This document shows positions 6,771-15,723 of a stretch of DNA of 64,000 nt, piece by piece; position 1 is the first letter of the stretch, and each line of letters starts with the position of its first letter. The notes beneath the pieces are model-generated. The model was not told where the DNA came from. It did not search any database and saw only the letters and a list, made by a program, of their open reading frames with translations. Origin of the DNA: Clostridia bacterium (GTDB taxonomy: Bacteria > Bacillota > Clostridia > Oscillospirales > CAG-272); NCBI GenBank assembly GCA_017501245.1, contig JAFVXI010000026.1, forward strand, positions 30,932 to 94,931, in the 5' to 3' direction. Position numbers and translations under genes: made by a program.

Positions 6771-7667
6771 ATGAAACGATTATCATTCCTGAAGCTGATA
6801 TCCTCGATGGCAATCTTCGGAACCATCGGCATATTCGTAAGATTTATTGATTTTGGCAGAGGCTTTATCGCTTCGTCAAGGGGCATAATCGGCGCACTGT
6901 TTCTCCTAGCGCTGGCGCTTATATTAAAGAAAAAGCCATCCCTCGCCGCCATAAAAGCAAATTTACCTATTCTCCTGATATCCGGCGCCGCCATAGGCAT
7001 CAACTGGATCCTGCTTTTTGAATCCTATTCGTACACCACGATTGCGGCATCGACTCTATGCTACTATATGGCGCCGGTTATAGTTATCCTGCTGTCGCCC
7101 ATATTCTTAAAGGAGCGCCTGACGGCAAAAAAGCTGATATGCGTCACGGTCGCAATAGTCGGTGCACTGTTTGTCAGCGGCATTCTTGAGAGCGGATTTG
7201 GCACAGGTGGAGCTCTCGGCTGCATATTAGCCCTTGGGGCTGCGGCCTTTTATGCTTCCGTTATTATATTAAATAAGAAGCTAAAGGACATCTCCCCCTA
7301 CGACACGACGGTCGTTCAACTCCTCGTTGCAGGCATCGTCGTCCTGCCATATGCCGCTTTTGCAGAGGACAACAACCTTTTTGAGGCTGAGCCTATCGAG
7401 CTATTACTGATCCTGGTCGTCGCTATCGTTCACACCGGCATCGCCTATGCGCTATACTTCTCCTCGATCAGGGAATTAAAGACCGAAACCGTTGCTATCT
7501 TCAGCTATCTTGATCCCGTTGTCGCCGTTTTATTATCGATCGCACTATCCGAGCCCATGTCGCCCCTTATGGCGGTTGGCTCGCTCCTGATCATCATCTC
7601 CCTCGTTGCCGTCGAGCTGCCATTCGGCAAAGGCAAAGAGCGTAATAATGACGATGTCAATTACTAA
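6771..7667 (+). CDS. EamA/DMT-superfamily transporter
   Basis: 298 aa with about 10 hydrophobic segments and two EamA-like halves (GINWILLFESYSYTTIAASTL..., HTGIAYALYFSSIRELK). Confidence 0.8.
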   Translation: MKRLSFLKLISSMAIFGTIGIFVRFIDFGRGFIASSRGIIGALFLLALALILKKKPSLAAIKANLPILLISGAAIGINWILLFESYSYTTIAASTLCYYMAPVIVILLSPIFLKERLTAKKLICVTVAIVGALFVSGILESGFGTGGALGCILALGAAAFYASVIILNKKLKDISPYDTTVVQLLVAGIVVLPYAAFAEDNNLFEAEPIELLLILVVAIVHTGIAYALYFSSIRELKTETVAIFSYLDPVVAVLLSIALSEPMSPLMAVGSLLIIISLVAVELPFGKGKERNNDDVNY

Positions 7668-7787
7668 AGCAGTATTAAGATAAGCCAAGTGGGGGATTTC
7701 GTCTTAGCGCGAATAGCAAGGCGCATTCCCCCTGATACAAAAAGAAAAAATACTCTCATCCAAGCAAAAATTATTTTGAAAAAACTA

Positions 7788-7816
7788 TTGACAAACCCTC
7801 AAGCTTCTGCTATAAT
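7788..7816 (+). promoter_or_regulatory. Consensus SigA promoter of the tRNA-Thr/tRNA-Tyr pair
   Basis: TTGACA(7788-7793), 17 nt, TATAAT(7811-7816). Confidence 0.75.
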
Positions 7817-7832
7817 ACTAAATGTTCGGTGC

Positions 7833-7907
7833 GCTGGTGTGGCTCAATGGCAGAGCAGCTGATTTGTAATCAGCAGGTTGTTGGTTCGACTCCGATCACC
7901 AGCTCCA
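7833..7907 (+). tRNA. tRNA-Thr (anticodon UGU), CCA encoded
   Basis: GCTGGTG...CACCAGC acceptor stem, anticodon arm GCTGA-TTTGTAA-TCAGC, T-loop TTCGACT, 75 nt. Confidence 0.92.
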
Positions 7908-7915
7908 TGATTAAT

Positions 7916-8000
7916 GGGGGAATTCCCGAGCGGCCAAAGGGGGCAGACTGTAAATCTGTTGTCACTGACTTCGCTGGTCCGAATCCAGCTTCCCCCACCA
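7916..8000 (+). tRNA. tRNA-Tyr (anticodon GUA), class II with long variable arm, CCA encoded
   Basis: GGGGGAA...TTCCCCC acceptor stem, anticodon loop CTGTAAA, long variable arm, 85 nt. It resembles E. coli tRNA-Tyr. Confidence 0.92.
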
Positions 8001-8003
8001 AAA

Positions 8004-8034
8004 ATTCTCGTTCCTCGGAACGAGAATTTTTTTT
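8004..8034 (+). terminator. Rho-independent terminator after the tRNA pair
   Basis: ATTCTCGTTC(8004-8013), loop, GAACGAGAAT(8018-8027), then T8. Confidence 0.85.
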
Positions 8035-8084
8035 ACCCTTATCATATCAATCGAGCATTTAATAAGTAAACAAGGAGGGGAAGC

Positions 8085-8927
8085 ATGGCGAAGAAAAGGT
8101 TTTCACGTATCTACGTTGAGATAACCAACGTATGCAACAGGTCCTGCTCATTCTGCCCAGGCACGGCGAGAGCACCCCGTATGCTCTCAGTCGATGAGTT
8201 TTCGATAATTGCCGAAAAAATATCACCCCTCACCGATTACGTTTATCTCCACGTTATGGGCGAGCCTCTGATGCACCCCGAGCTTTTTGATATCATCTCC
8301 ATAGCAAAATTGGGCGGCTTAAACGTCGCCATAACCACAAACGGAACGCTCCTCGGTGAGCTTTCAGAGGAGCTGATCTGCGCCAAGCCGTACAAGGTAA
8401 ACGTTTCTATACATAGCTTCGAGGAGGGCTCGACCGAAGAGTATCTCGAATATATAAACTCGGTTTTCAATTTTGCCGATAAAGCCTCTGATGCCGGCAT
8501 TCTCGTCACGCTCAGACTATGGAACAAGGGCTATGACGAGGGCAGAAACATAAACACTCTCGAGCTGATGAAGGCCAGATTTCCCGGTGAATGGGCGCTT
8601 GGTGTGCGGGGAGCCAGGATAAAGCATAAGCTTCATCTTGAGGAGGGCGAGCGCTTCTCCTGGCCGGATATGCGTGCCGAGCTGTTAGGCGATAGAGTAT
8701 TCTGCCACGGCCTCGGTGATCACGTGGCTATCCTCTCGGATGGAAGCATAGTTCCTTGCTGTCTTGATAGGGAAGGGGCGATAACCCTCGGGAACATCTT
8801 TAGTGATGACCCGTGTCAAGTTTTATCATCTCCGAGAGCCGAGGCGATCAGAAGCGGATTTAAGAATAAATGCGCAACGGAAGAGCTTTGCAAGCGTTGC
8901 GGATATGCAAGAAGATTTAAAATTTAA
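8085..8927 (+). CDS. Radical SAM protein with C-terminal SPASM-like Cys cluster
   Basis: CNRSCSFC (CxxxCxxC) at residues 17-24. C-terminal CCLDREG...C...C..C Cys-rich region. GGAGGGG SD. Confidence 0.8.
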   Translation: MAKKRFSRIYVEITNVCNRSCSFCPGTARAPRMLSVDEFSIIAEKISPLTDYVYLHVMGEPLMHPELFDIISIAKLGGLNVAITTNGTLLGELSEELICAKPYKVNVSIHSFEEGSTEEYLEYINSVFNFADKASDAGILVTLRLWNKGYDEGRNINTLELMKARFPGEWALGVRGARIKHKLHLEEGERFSWPDMRAELLGDRVFCHGLGDHVAILSDGSIVPCCLDREGAITLGNIFSDDPCQVLSSPRAEAIRSGFKNKCATEELCKRCGYARRFKI

Positions 8928-8973
8928 ACAATTTTGTAAATAAAAATTTGCTTTTTGGCAGAAAGGAGACCTT

Positions 8974-10164
8974 ATGAAGCTTAATCCGATGGATTTACCC
9001 GAAAAAGTTCTTTATATTATCAACGAGCTTAGGTCTGCGGGCTATCGTGCAGACGTCGTTGGCGGAGCCGTAAGGGATCATCTGCTCGGCAGATCCGCCC
9101 CCGATTATGATATCACAACCTCCGCAACACCGGGCGAGGTGAAGGCTGTTTTCTTCGACAAAAGGATAGTCGACACGGGCATAAAGCACGGAACGGTAAC
9201 GCTCGTCCTTGACCACGAGCCATACGAGATAACTACCTGGCGCCTTGACGGCGACTACCTTGACCACAGGCATCCCGACGGTGTCAGATTTACCGCATCT
9301 CTTGAGGAGGACCTCGCTCGCAGGGATTTCACCGTCAATGCGATATGCTATAATCCCTATGACGGATTTACCGATCTTTTCGGCGGCATGGATGATCTCG
9401 ACAACAAGGTTATCCGTGCGATAGGCGACCCAACACGCAGGTTTACGGAGGATGCACTGAGGATAATGAGAGCTATCCGCTTTTCGGCTACTCTGGGCTT
9501 TACTCTTGAAAAAGCTACGCTCGATGCGGCGATCTCGCAGAGGCACACGCTCGATAACGTCAGCCGTGAGCGGATTTTCACCGAGCTTAATAAGCTGTTT
9601 TCGGGCAGCTATTCCTATGACGTAGTAGCTGGTTGCCCCGAGATAATCAAAACCGCCGTCCCCGAGCTTCTGCACATTGATCTGCCCGAGCGTAGACTAT
9701 ATGATGCAGCTACACCAGAGCTTCGCATACTGTCGCTCTTTGCGCTCAGCACGACCGCCCCCGCCGAAGCCTTCGATGCTGCTTATCTTTCGCTTAAGAG
9801 CGATAAGGCGAGCAGAGAAAGAGGAAGGGCAATTCTCGATGCACTGTCCGAGCCTCGCCCGAGCGACGAATATTCCGCACTCAGGCTCCTCTCCTCCTTT
9901 GGAGTGGATGTCGCACAGGCCTCGGTCGAGCTGGGGATGATCCTTGGCAGAAGGGAAGAGGGGGATCTGCTTCGTATAAAAGAAGCGGTATATTCGGGCA
10001 AGCCTTATAAAATATCGATGCTGAGTGTCGGCGGCATTGATCTTATCAAAAAGGGCATCAAGGGCAAGGCGATCGGAGAGACGCTCTCTCATCTTCTCGA
10101 TCTTGTGATGCAGGGCAGACTCTCAAACGACGCTGCGAGTCTTTTATCGTATCTTGACGCTTAG
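8974..10164 (+). CDS. cca: CCA-adding tRNA nucleotidyltransferase (poly(A) polymerase head-domain family)
   Basis: VVGGAVRDHLLGRSAPDYDITT, GTVTLV, RRDFTVNAI and ALRIMRAIRFSATLGF motifs. Confidence 0.85.
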   Translation: MKLNPMDLPEKVLYIINELRSAGYRADVVGGAVRDHLLGRSAPDYDITTSATPGEVKAVFFDKRIVDTGIKHGTVTLVLDHEPYEITTWRLDGDYLDHRHPDGVRFTASLEEDLARRDFTVNAICYNPYDGFTDLFGGMDDLDNKVIRAIGDPTRRFTEDALRIMRAIRFSATLGFTLEKATLDAAISQRHTLDNVSRERIFTELNKLFSGSYSYDVVAGCPEIIKTAVPELLHIDLPERRLYDAATPELRILSLFALSTTAPAEAFDAAYLSLKSDKASRERGRAILDALSEPRPSDEYSALRLLSSFGVDVAQASVELGMILGRREEGDLLRIKEAVYSGKPYKISMLSVGGIDLIKKGIKGKAIGETLSHLLDLVMQGRLSNDAASLLSYLDA

Positions 10165-10222
10165 TGTCGCATTTTCCCATCCGTCATATAATGTACTATA
10201 TGCCGTATCGGGAGCAACACCT

Positions 10223-10942
10223 ATGAAAACCGAATTTTATACCCCGAGGGGCGCTTTAGTGATCGAGTCACTACCCGAGCGCCCTTCTTCTTTTTATTCC
10301 TTTGGCGATTCGCTCACTCTTTTTCTTTATCCATCCGAAAGAGCCGACCTTGAAGCAAAACTGATGGCCCCAAGCGGCGTTGAGCTGTATTCGCCGGTAG
10401 CCGCAACGCTCTATGCATCTCAGTACCTTTCCTACAGGGGTATACCTACCGAGGCGCTGACTCTCTGCACCTTAAATATGATAAGCGAGGTACCACTGCC
10501 AACTAAACCGCAGGATAAAAAGTGCTATAATACCTTTAAATGCAAACAATTATCGTCAAAATACGTCAATTTATCCGGAGGTATGCCCCATCTTGTCCAC
10601 ACTGTCGATTGCGGAACGAAAACGAGAGTGATAGAGGCTCCGGCGAGGGTCAATCTTCCTCATCAGCTTCTTTGCCGCCTTTTGGTTGTAGACGGCATGG
10701 ATGACTGCGTGCGCTCGATAGCCTTCAGAGGAGAGGGGCTGGTCTGGTATATGGCATCCACGGACGAGACTTTAACGGTTGACAGCGTCTTACCGTTAGC
10801 TCACGTTCTCTCAAAGCGGGGCATCGTCGGTGAGGTGACGGTTATCTGCCGTGGGGAGAGCTTCTCCTTTTATATTGCCGAGCCTCGGGATAGATACATT
10901 TATTTGCCTGCGATAAAACTTGACTACGTGCGTAAATTATGA
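10223..10942 (+). CDS. Hypothetical protein (no family recognised)
   Basis: The ORF runs 10154..10942. I prefer the ATG at 10223 (GGGAG 8 nt upstream). I could not place any motif, and a faint DapF/PhzF-like feel is not supportable. Confidence 0.55.
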   Translation: MKTEFYTPRGALVIESLPERPSSFYSFGDSLTLFLYPSERADLEAKLMAPSGVELYSPVAATLYASQYLSYRGIPTEALTLCTLNMISEVPLPTKPQDKKCYNTFKCKQLSSKYVNLSGGMPHLVHTVDCGTKTRVIEAPARVNLPHQLLCRLLVVDGMDDCVRSIAFRGEGLVWYMASTDETLTVDSVLPLAHVLSKRGIVGEVTVICRGESFSFYIAEPRDRYIYLPAIKLDYVRKL

Positions 10943-10978
10943 TAGAATAAAGGACGTTAAAGATTACGGAGGGCTGCT

Positions 10979-12727
10979 ATGGCTTTTGATGCGTGTATGA
11001 TGCGGGCTGTGCTCGGCGAATTCAGTAGAGAGCTTCCCGATGCGAAAATTGAAAAGGTTCTTGAGCCGCAGAGCTGTGAGATAGATCTCGTTCTGAAGTC
11101 GGGCAGGCGTCAGCGCAGGCTGGTGTTTAACGTTGGCCCCAACGCTCCCCGTCTTCAGCTCTCGGACGTGCAAAAGGAAAATCCCTTGAAGGCGCCGATG
11201 TTCTGTATGCTTTTAAGGAAATACCTGCTCGGCGCAAGGATCGTCGGCTCGGAGCAGCTCGGCTTTGACCGTATTGCCGTATTTACTGTTGCCTGCTATG
11301 ACGAGATGGGCTTCCCCACGACTAAAAAGATCATCTGCGAGATAATGGGCAAGTATGCAAACCTTATTATAACAGACTCCTCCGACAAGGTCCTCGGAGC
11401 TATGAAGATCATTGATTTTGCGGCAAGCACGATAAGGCAGGTCCTCCCCGGACTTAAGTATCAGATCCCCGCTTGTCCTGACAGGATCTCGCCGATCGAC
11501 GCTACCCGTGCCGAGTTTTTGTCGTTCTTTGACTCCTTTAGCGGTGAGCGGACGGCTGAAAAATTCATCACCTCCACCTTCTCGGGCATCTCAACGCAGG
11601 TTGCGCACGAGCTCGTCTTTCGCACTGCGGGCGCCATCGACGTTTCAGCTCGGGATATAGACCGTGAGCGCTTCTGCTCAGTCTTTTTTGAGTGGCAGGA
11701 CCTCCTCCTCTCCGAGCGCTACGAGCCTACCGTCGTCATCGATAAGGAGGGAAAGCCCGTCGATTACTGTTATATGGATATCACCTATCTCGGTGATAGC
11801 GTTTCTAAAAAGCATTACGCCTCCCTCGCCGAGATGTTCGACGATTACTACGCCGAGCGCGACAGGCTTGAGCGCATCAGGCATAGAGCAAAGGATATCG
11901 TCACCCTGGTTTCAAATGCAAAGGCGAGGACGGAGAGAAAGCTTGCGATCCAGAGAGAGGCGTTACGAGAGAGCGCAAGAGGCGAGGAATACAAGCGAAA
12001 GGGCGACCTTATCACCGCAAACATATATATGCTCTCCCGAGGTATGACCTCTTTTGACACCGTCGATTATTATGACGAAAATTGCCCTACCGTAACGGTT
12101 GAGCTTGATTCAAGGCTTTCCCCCAGCGCAAACGCACAAAGGATGTACAAGCTGTATAACAAGGCAAAAACCGCCAAGGAGGTGCTCACCTCGCAGATTT
12201 CTCTCTGGGAAAAGGAGCTTGAATACCTCGATAGCGTCGAGGGCTTTATCTCGAGGGCGGCGTGCGAGGAGGATCTCGTTCTTTTGAGGGACGAGCTTTA
12301 CCGCTCGGGATATGCGTCAAGGATGAAAAGCTATCAGCCCGCAAAGCAGCTGAAGGCAAAGCCTATGCGCTTCGTCACCTCGGGCGGCTATCCGGTCCTC
12401 GTCGGCAGAAACAATATTCAAAACGATCAGCTCACCTTTAAAATAGCAGAGAAGACCGATATCTGGTTCCACACCAAGGATATTCCCGGCTCTCACGTCA
12501 TAATGCAGACGGGTGGGGAGGAGCCCTCCGCCGAGGACTACACCGAGGCGGCGGCCATAGCCGCTTACTACTCCAAGGCAACCTCGGATCTCGTCGCCGT
12601 AGACTACACGGAGGTGAAAAATATCAAGAAGCCACAGGGCTCAAAGCCCGGCTTCGTTACCTACAAGACCAACTATACGGCATTCGTTAAGCCTATGTCG
12701 GGAGAGGAAAATGTAAATAATGGTTGA
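10979..12727 (+). CDS. rqcH: NFACT-family ribosome quality control protein (RqcH / FbpA-like)
   Basis: 582 aa. N-terminal NFACT-N pattern (FDACMMRAVLGEF...KIEKV.EPQ..E..L), a central coiled coil, and C-terminal DIWFHTKDIPGSHVIMQ (NFACT-R/DUF814). Confidence 0.85.
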   Translation: MAFDACMMRAVLGEFSRELPDAKIEKVLEPQSCEIDLVLKSGRRQRRLVFNVGPNAPRLQLSDVQKENPLKAPMFCMLLRKYLLGARIVGSEQLGFDRIAVFTVACYDEMGFPTTKKIICEIMGKYANLIITDSSDKVLGAMKIIDFAASTIRQVLPGLKYQIPACPDRISPIDATRAEFLSFFDSFSGERTAEKFITSTFSGISTQVAHELVFRTAGAIDVSARDIDRERFCSVFFEWQDLLLSERYEPTVVIDKEGKPVDYCYMDITYLGDSVSKKHYASLAEMFDDYYAERDRLERIRHRAKDIVTLVSNAKARTERKLAIQREALRESARGEEYKRKGDLITANIYMLSRGMTSFDTVDYYDENCPTVTVELDSRLSPSANAQRMYKLYNKAKTAKEVLTSQISLWEKELEYLDSVEGFISRAACEEDLVLLRDELYRSGYASRMKSYQPAKQLKAKPMRFVTSGGYPVLVGRNNIQNDQLTFKIAEKTDIWFHTKDIPGSHVIMQTGGEEPSAEDYTEAAAIAAYYSKATSDLVAVDYTEVKNIKKPQGSKPGFVTYKTNYTAFVKPMSGEENVNNG

Positions 12728-13298
12728 CTTAACAGGGCTTCATAAGCATTTTTTGCTCGAGCATTTATCCGAGGGTGATGTAGCCGTTGATTTCACGATG
12801 GGCAACGGAAACGACACGCTCTTCCTTTCGAGGACGGTCGGAGAGGAGGGAAGAGTATACGCCTTTGATATCCAAGAGGAGGCGCTCATCTCGACCGAGT
12901 CTCACCTGAAGGAAAACGGCGCCCCCGATAATTACACTCTCATCTGCGCCTCTCACCATAGAGTAAAGGAGTTTGTCAAGGAGCCGATCAAGGCAGGCGT
13001 GTTTAATCTCGGCTATCTTCCGAGAAGCGGTAAAAAGGCAGTCACGACGATGCGTGAAACGACCTTCCCTGCGGTAAAGGCGGCGCTTGAGCTTCTTGCA
13101 CCCGACGGAGCGCTTATAGTTGCCATCTATCCGGGTCACGAGGAGGGCGCCCTCGAGGGCGAGATGCTCAGGGACTATTTCAAGACGTTATCCCGCTTCC
13201 GCATCTGTGCGTCGGAGTTTCACATTTTGAATTCTCCTACCTCACCGTATTTCTACCTCCTCGAAAAGAGCGCTAAGGCTTCGTTCGGTGAGATATAA
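12720..13298 (+). CDS. mnmM: YtqB/MnmM-like SAM-dependent tRNA (mnm5s2U34) methyltransferase (PF06962-type)
   Basis: DFTMGNGNDTLFLSRTVGEEGRVYAFDIQEEA and GVFNLGYLPRSGKKAVTT closely match B. subtilis YtqB as I recall it. It overlaps the rqcH stop by 8 nt. Confidence 0.75.
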   Translation: MVDLTGLHKHFLLEHLSEGDVAVDFTMGNGNDTLFLSRTVGEEGRVYAFDIQEEALISTESHLKENGAPDNYTLICASHHRVKEFVKEPIKAGVFNLGYLPRSGKKAVTTMRETTFPAVKAALELLAPDGALIVAIYPGHEEGALEGEMLRDYFKTLSRFRICASEFHILNSPTSPYFYLLEKSAKASFGEI

Positions 13299-13405
13299 GA
13301 TATACGTTAGGCAAAAGGAACAACTGTTCTTTTATCGCATTGTGCTAAATAAACAAACTTATTTGAAAAATATTAAGAAAACTCATTAAGCCTGTCAAAT
13401 ATCGG

Positions 13406-13434
13406 TTGACTTATAATTTTATTAATGGTAAAAT
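13406..13434 (+). promoter_or_regulatory. SigA-type promoter of the 698-aa secreted protein gene
   Basis: TTGACT(13406-13411), 17 nt, TAAAAT(13429-13434) with TGg extended -10. Confidence 0.6.
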
Positions 13435-13470
13435 GTTTCTGTACTATTTTTTGAAACGGAGATTTAATTT

Positions 13471-15567
13471 ATGAAAAGATTATCGAGGTTTGTCGCCTTG
13501 CTTCTTCTCATGGCTCTTATCGTATCTGCGATCCCGGCGGTCGTATCGGCGGAGGATTCCGCCCCTGTCGACGGCAGTAACGAGGAGCTTGACGTCCCCA
13601 CTGTTATTCCCGACAGCGAGGATACCGAAAATAAGACCAGAGTTCAGATCTACAACGAGCAGGGCTTTAATTTCCCCGAGGAGGGCGATCTTACCGTGCC
13701 TAAGTTCAAGCTCGTTTACGAGGATGGCACTGAGGAGATCTTCTATGACACCGCTATGATGTCCCGCAGTGCGAAGACTGCCCCCAGCGGAACTACACTC
13801 GTTCTTCTTTCGGATCTTTATCAGTCTGTCGACTATGTAAATAAGGTTTATAACGAGACGGGTCTTCATCCGCTTATGTCCTTCACCTTTGACGATCAGA
13901 GGACTCTCGGCTTTGACTTTGCGGGCCACACGATCTTCTCCGAGTATAAGCAGGCATTCTTCCAGTCCGACAAGCTTGGAACTCTGAATATATATTCCTC
14001 CCTCCCCGGCGCAAAGCTTATCTGCCTTGAGCAGGGCACGACAAAGGGCGGCAGCATCGCTAACAGCAACGGCGGCTCCACCGTTACCATTGGTAAGTTC
14101 GGCGACTATCCCGGCTCCAATCTCTCCACCTATTCCGCGGGTGGCGTAGGCACGGGAAGCTCTTCCACGCTTATCGTTGAAGGTATCTCTATGTACCGTG
14201 TTGCGACCGACTACGTTTCCTTCTTCTCCTTCTCGGGATCGGGTTCCACGCATTTATATAAGGATGCTCGTCTGTTCGGCGTTGGAAGATATCTCCAGTT
14301 TGCCTGCCGTGAGGACGGTACGGGCAGAGCGGGTAGCGTTCACGGAAACGTCGGCACCTTTGAAAACTGCGTTATTTCCAACATCGGCTCCCCCGGAGTC
14401 GTTGCAGGCTCCTTCTTCCGTTATATGGCGGATGACAACGAGCTGCATTTCAAGAAGACCATCTTCGATCAGGTCTCCTTTAATTGTGATAAGTATTACG
14501 AACACGAGAGCGTCACTGACTTCGACGGCACTCCCCTTCTTCCCAACAAGACGGCAAGGATAACCCTCGATAAGGACTGCACCTACAATCAGGTTCCCGA
14601 CGTTTTAGGCATTTACGGCCTCGCTCCCTCCAGCTCGAAGTATGCGATGTTCGAGTTCCCCGAGCTTACGCCTCTTTACGGCATGAGCGAAAGCGTGCCC
14701 GAATTCATTATGGCTAACGGTCTTGTTAACAACGTTTATACCTTCATCACCGACGAGGCGTTCATCACTGAAAACGGCTATCGCAACATAGTCTTTGAGG
14801 ATCTCACCGCAAACGGCGAGGATATCTCGGGAATGTTTGCTCTGCCTTATCTCGGCTATGAGGAGGACGTCGTTGAGGTTACCTGGAGCTTCCAGGGCGC
14901 TTCCTACAACGAGCAGGAGCTTTGGGTAAAGGGCTATCAGCCCGTCCCCTACAGACTTGACATACCCGAGGACAACGACTATATCAAGTACGTTATCGAG
15001 CAGGTATACGAGGACGAGGAGTCTGCGCTCTATTCCATCTCCCCCGAGGTGGATCTTACCTTCAAGATCAACTACACGTTTGCAAATCAATTGCTTATAA
15101 ATGTTTACATTCCGATGCTTGAGGACTTCCCCCTCGAGAGGATAGTAAACAGAATCACGATCGCGGGAACCACAAAGAAGCTTGCAGATATCCGCAACGA
15201 AAAGGATAACGTCGTTGAGATCGGCGGCGCAAGCTATTATAAGGTTTCGGCACCGGTCGAGTTCTCGAGAGTCACGGATTTCTTCTACGTTAACGTTGAT
15301 ATCCCGAGCGGCACCGCATCGACCTTCTCCGTTTCTAAAAAGATTGAGCTTGCCAAGGAGCTTGTAGCGCTCCTCGATTCCGAGGATGCACAGCTCAAGG
15401 CGAATATGGAGGAGGCTCTCGTCTACATAGTTAAGAACACTGCGGTTGCAGGTGCCATCACGGGCATCTCCAAGGTCGTTAACGAGAGGTTTGCCGACAA
15501 GCTCGTCAAGGAGGAGCCCAAGGAGGAGCCTAAAGAGGAGAGCTTCTTCGATAAGCTCTTCAAGTGA
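13471..15567 (+). CDS. Secreted protein of unknown function (signal peptide, KEEPKEEPKEE tail)
   Basis: N-terminal MKRLSRFVALLLLMALIVSAIPAVVSA-ED signal peptide. No motif recognised. Codon usage resembles the ribosomal protein genes. Confidence 0.75.
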   Translation: MKRLSRFVALLLLMALIVSAIPAVVSAEDSAPVDGSNEELDVPTVIPDSEDTENKTRVQIYNEQGFNFPEEGDLTVPKFKLVYEDGTEEIFYDTAMMSRSAKTAPSGTTLVLLSDLYQSVDYVNKVYNETGLHPLMSFTFDDQRTLGFDFAGHTIFSEYKQAFFQSDKLGTLNIYSSLPGAKLICLEQGTTKGGSIANSNGGSTVTIGKFGDYPGSNLSTYSAGGVGTGSSSTLIVEGISMYRVATDYVSFFSFSGSGSTHLYKDARLFGVGRYLQFACREDGTGRAGSVHGNVGTFENCVISNIGSPGVVAGSFFRYMADDNELHFKKTIFDQVSFNCDKYYEHESVTDFDGTPLLPNKTARITLDKDCTYNQVPDVLGIYGLAPSSSKYAMFEFPELTPLYGMSESVPEFIMANGLVNNVYTFITDEAFITENGYRNIVFEDLTANGEDISGMFALPYLGYEEDVVEVTWSFQGASYNEQELWVKGYQPVPYRLDIPEDNDYIKYVIEQVYEDEESALYSISPEVDLTFKINYTFANQLLINVYIPMLEDFPLERIVNRITIAGTTKKLADIRNEKDNVVEIGGASYYKVSAPVEFSRVTDFFYVNVDIPSGTASTFSVSKKIELAKELVALLDSEDAQLKANMEEALVYIVKNTAVAGAITGISKVVNERFADKLVKEEPKEEPKEESFFDKLFK

Positions 15568-15665
15568 TCGGATAGATATATCTCATAGATCATATAAGCC
15601 GTTAAGGCGGGGTATGTCGTATTGCGTCCTACGCTAAATCGACATACGCTCTGCCGAAAGCAAAA

Positions 15666-15702
15666 GGGCGAGGAGTCATTAAAGCTCCTCGCCCTTATTT
15701 AT
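15666..15702. terminator. Bidirectional Rho-independent terminator between convergent genes
   Basis: GGGCGAGGAG(15666-15675), 9-nt loop, CTCCTCGCCC(15685-15694), flanked by CAAAA and TTATTTATT. Confidence 0.75.
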
Positions 15703-15723
15703 TATAATCAATTGATAAAAAAC

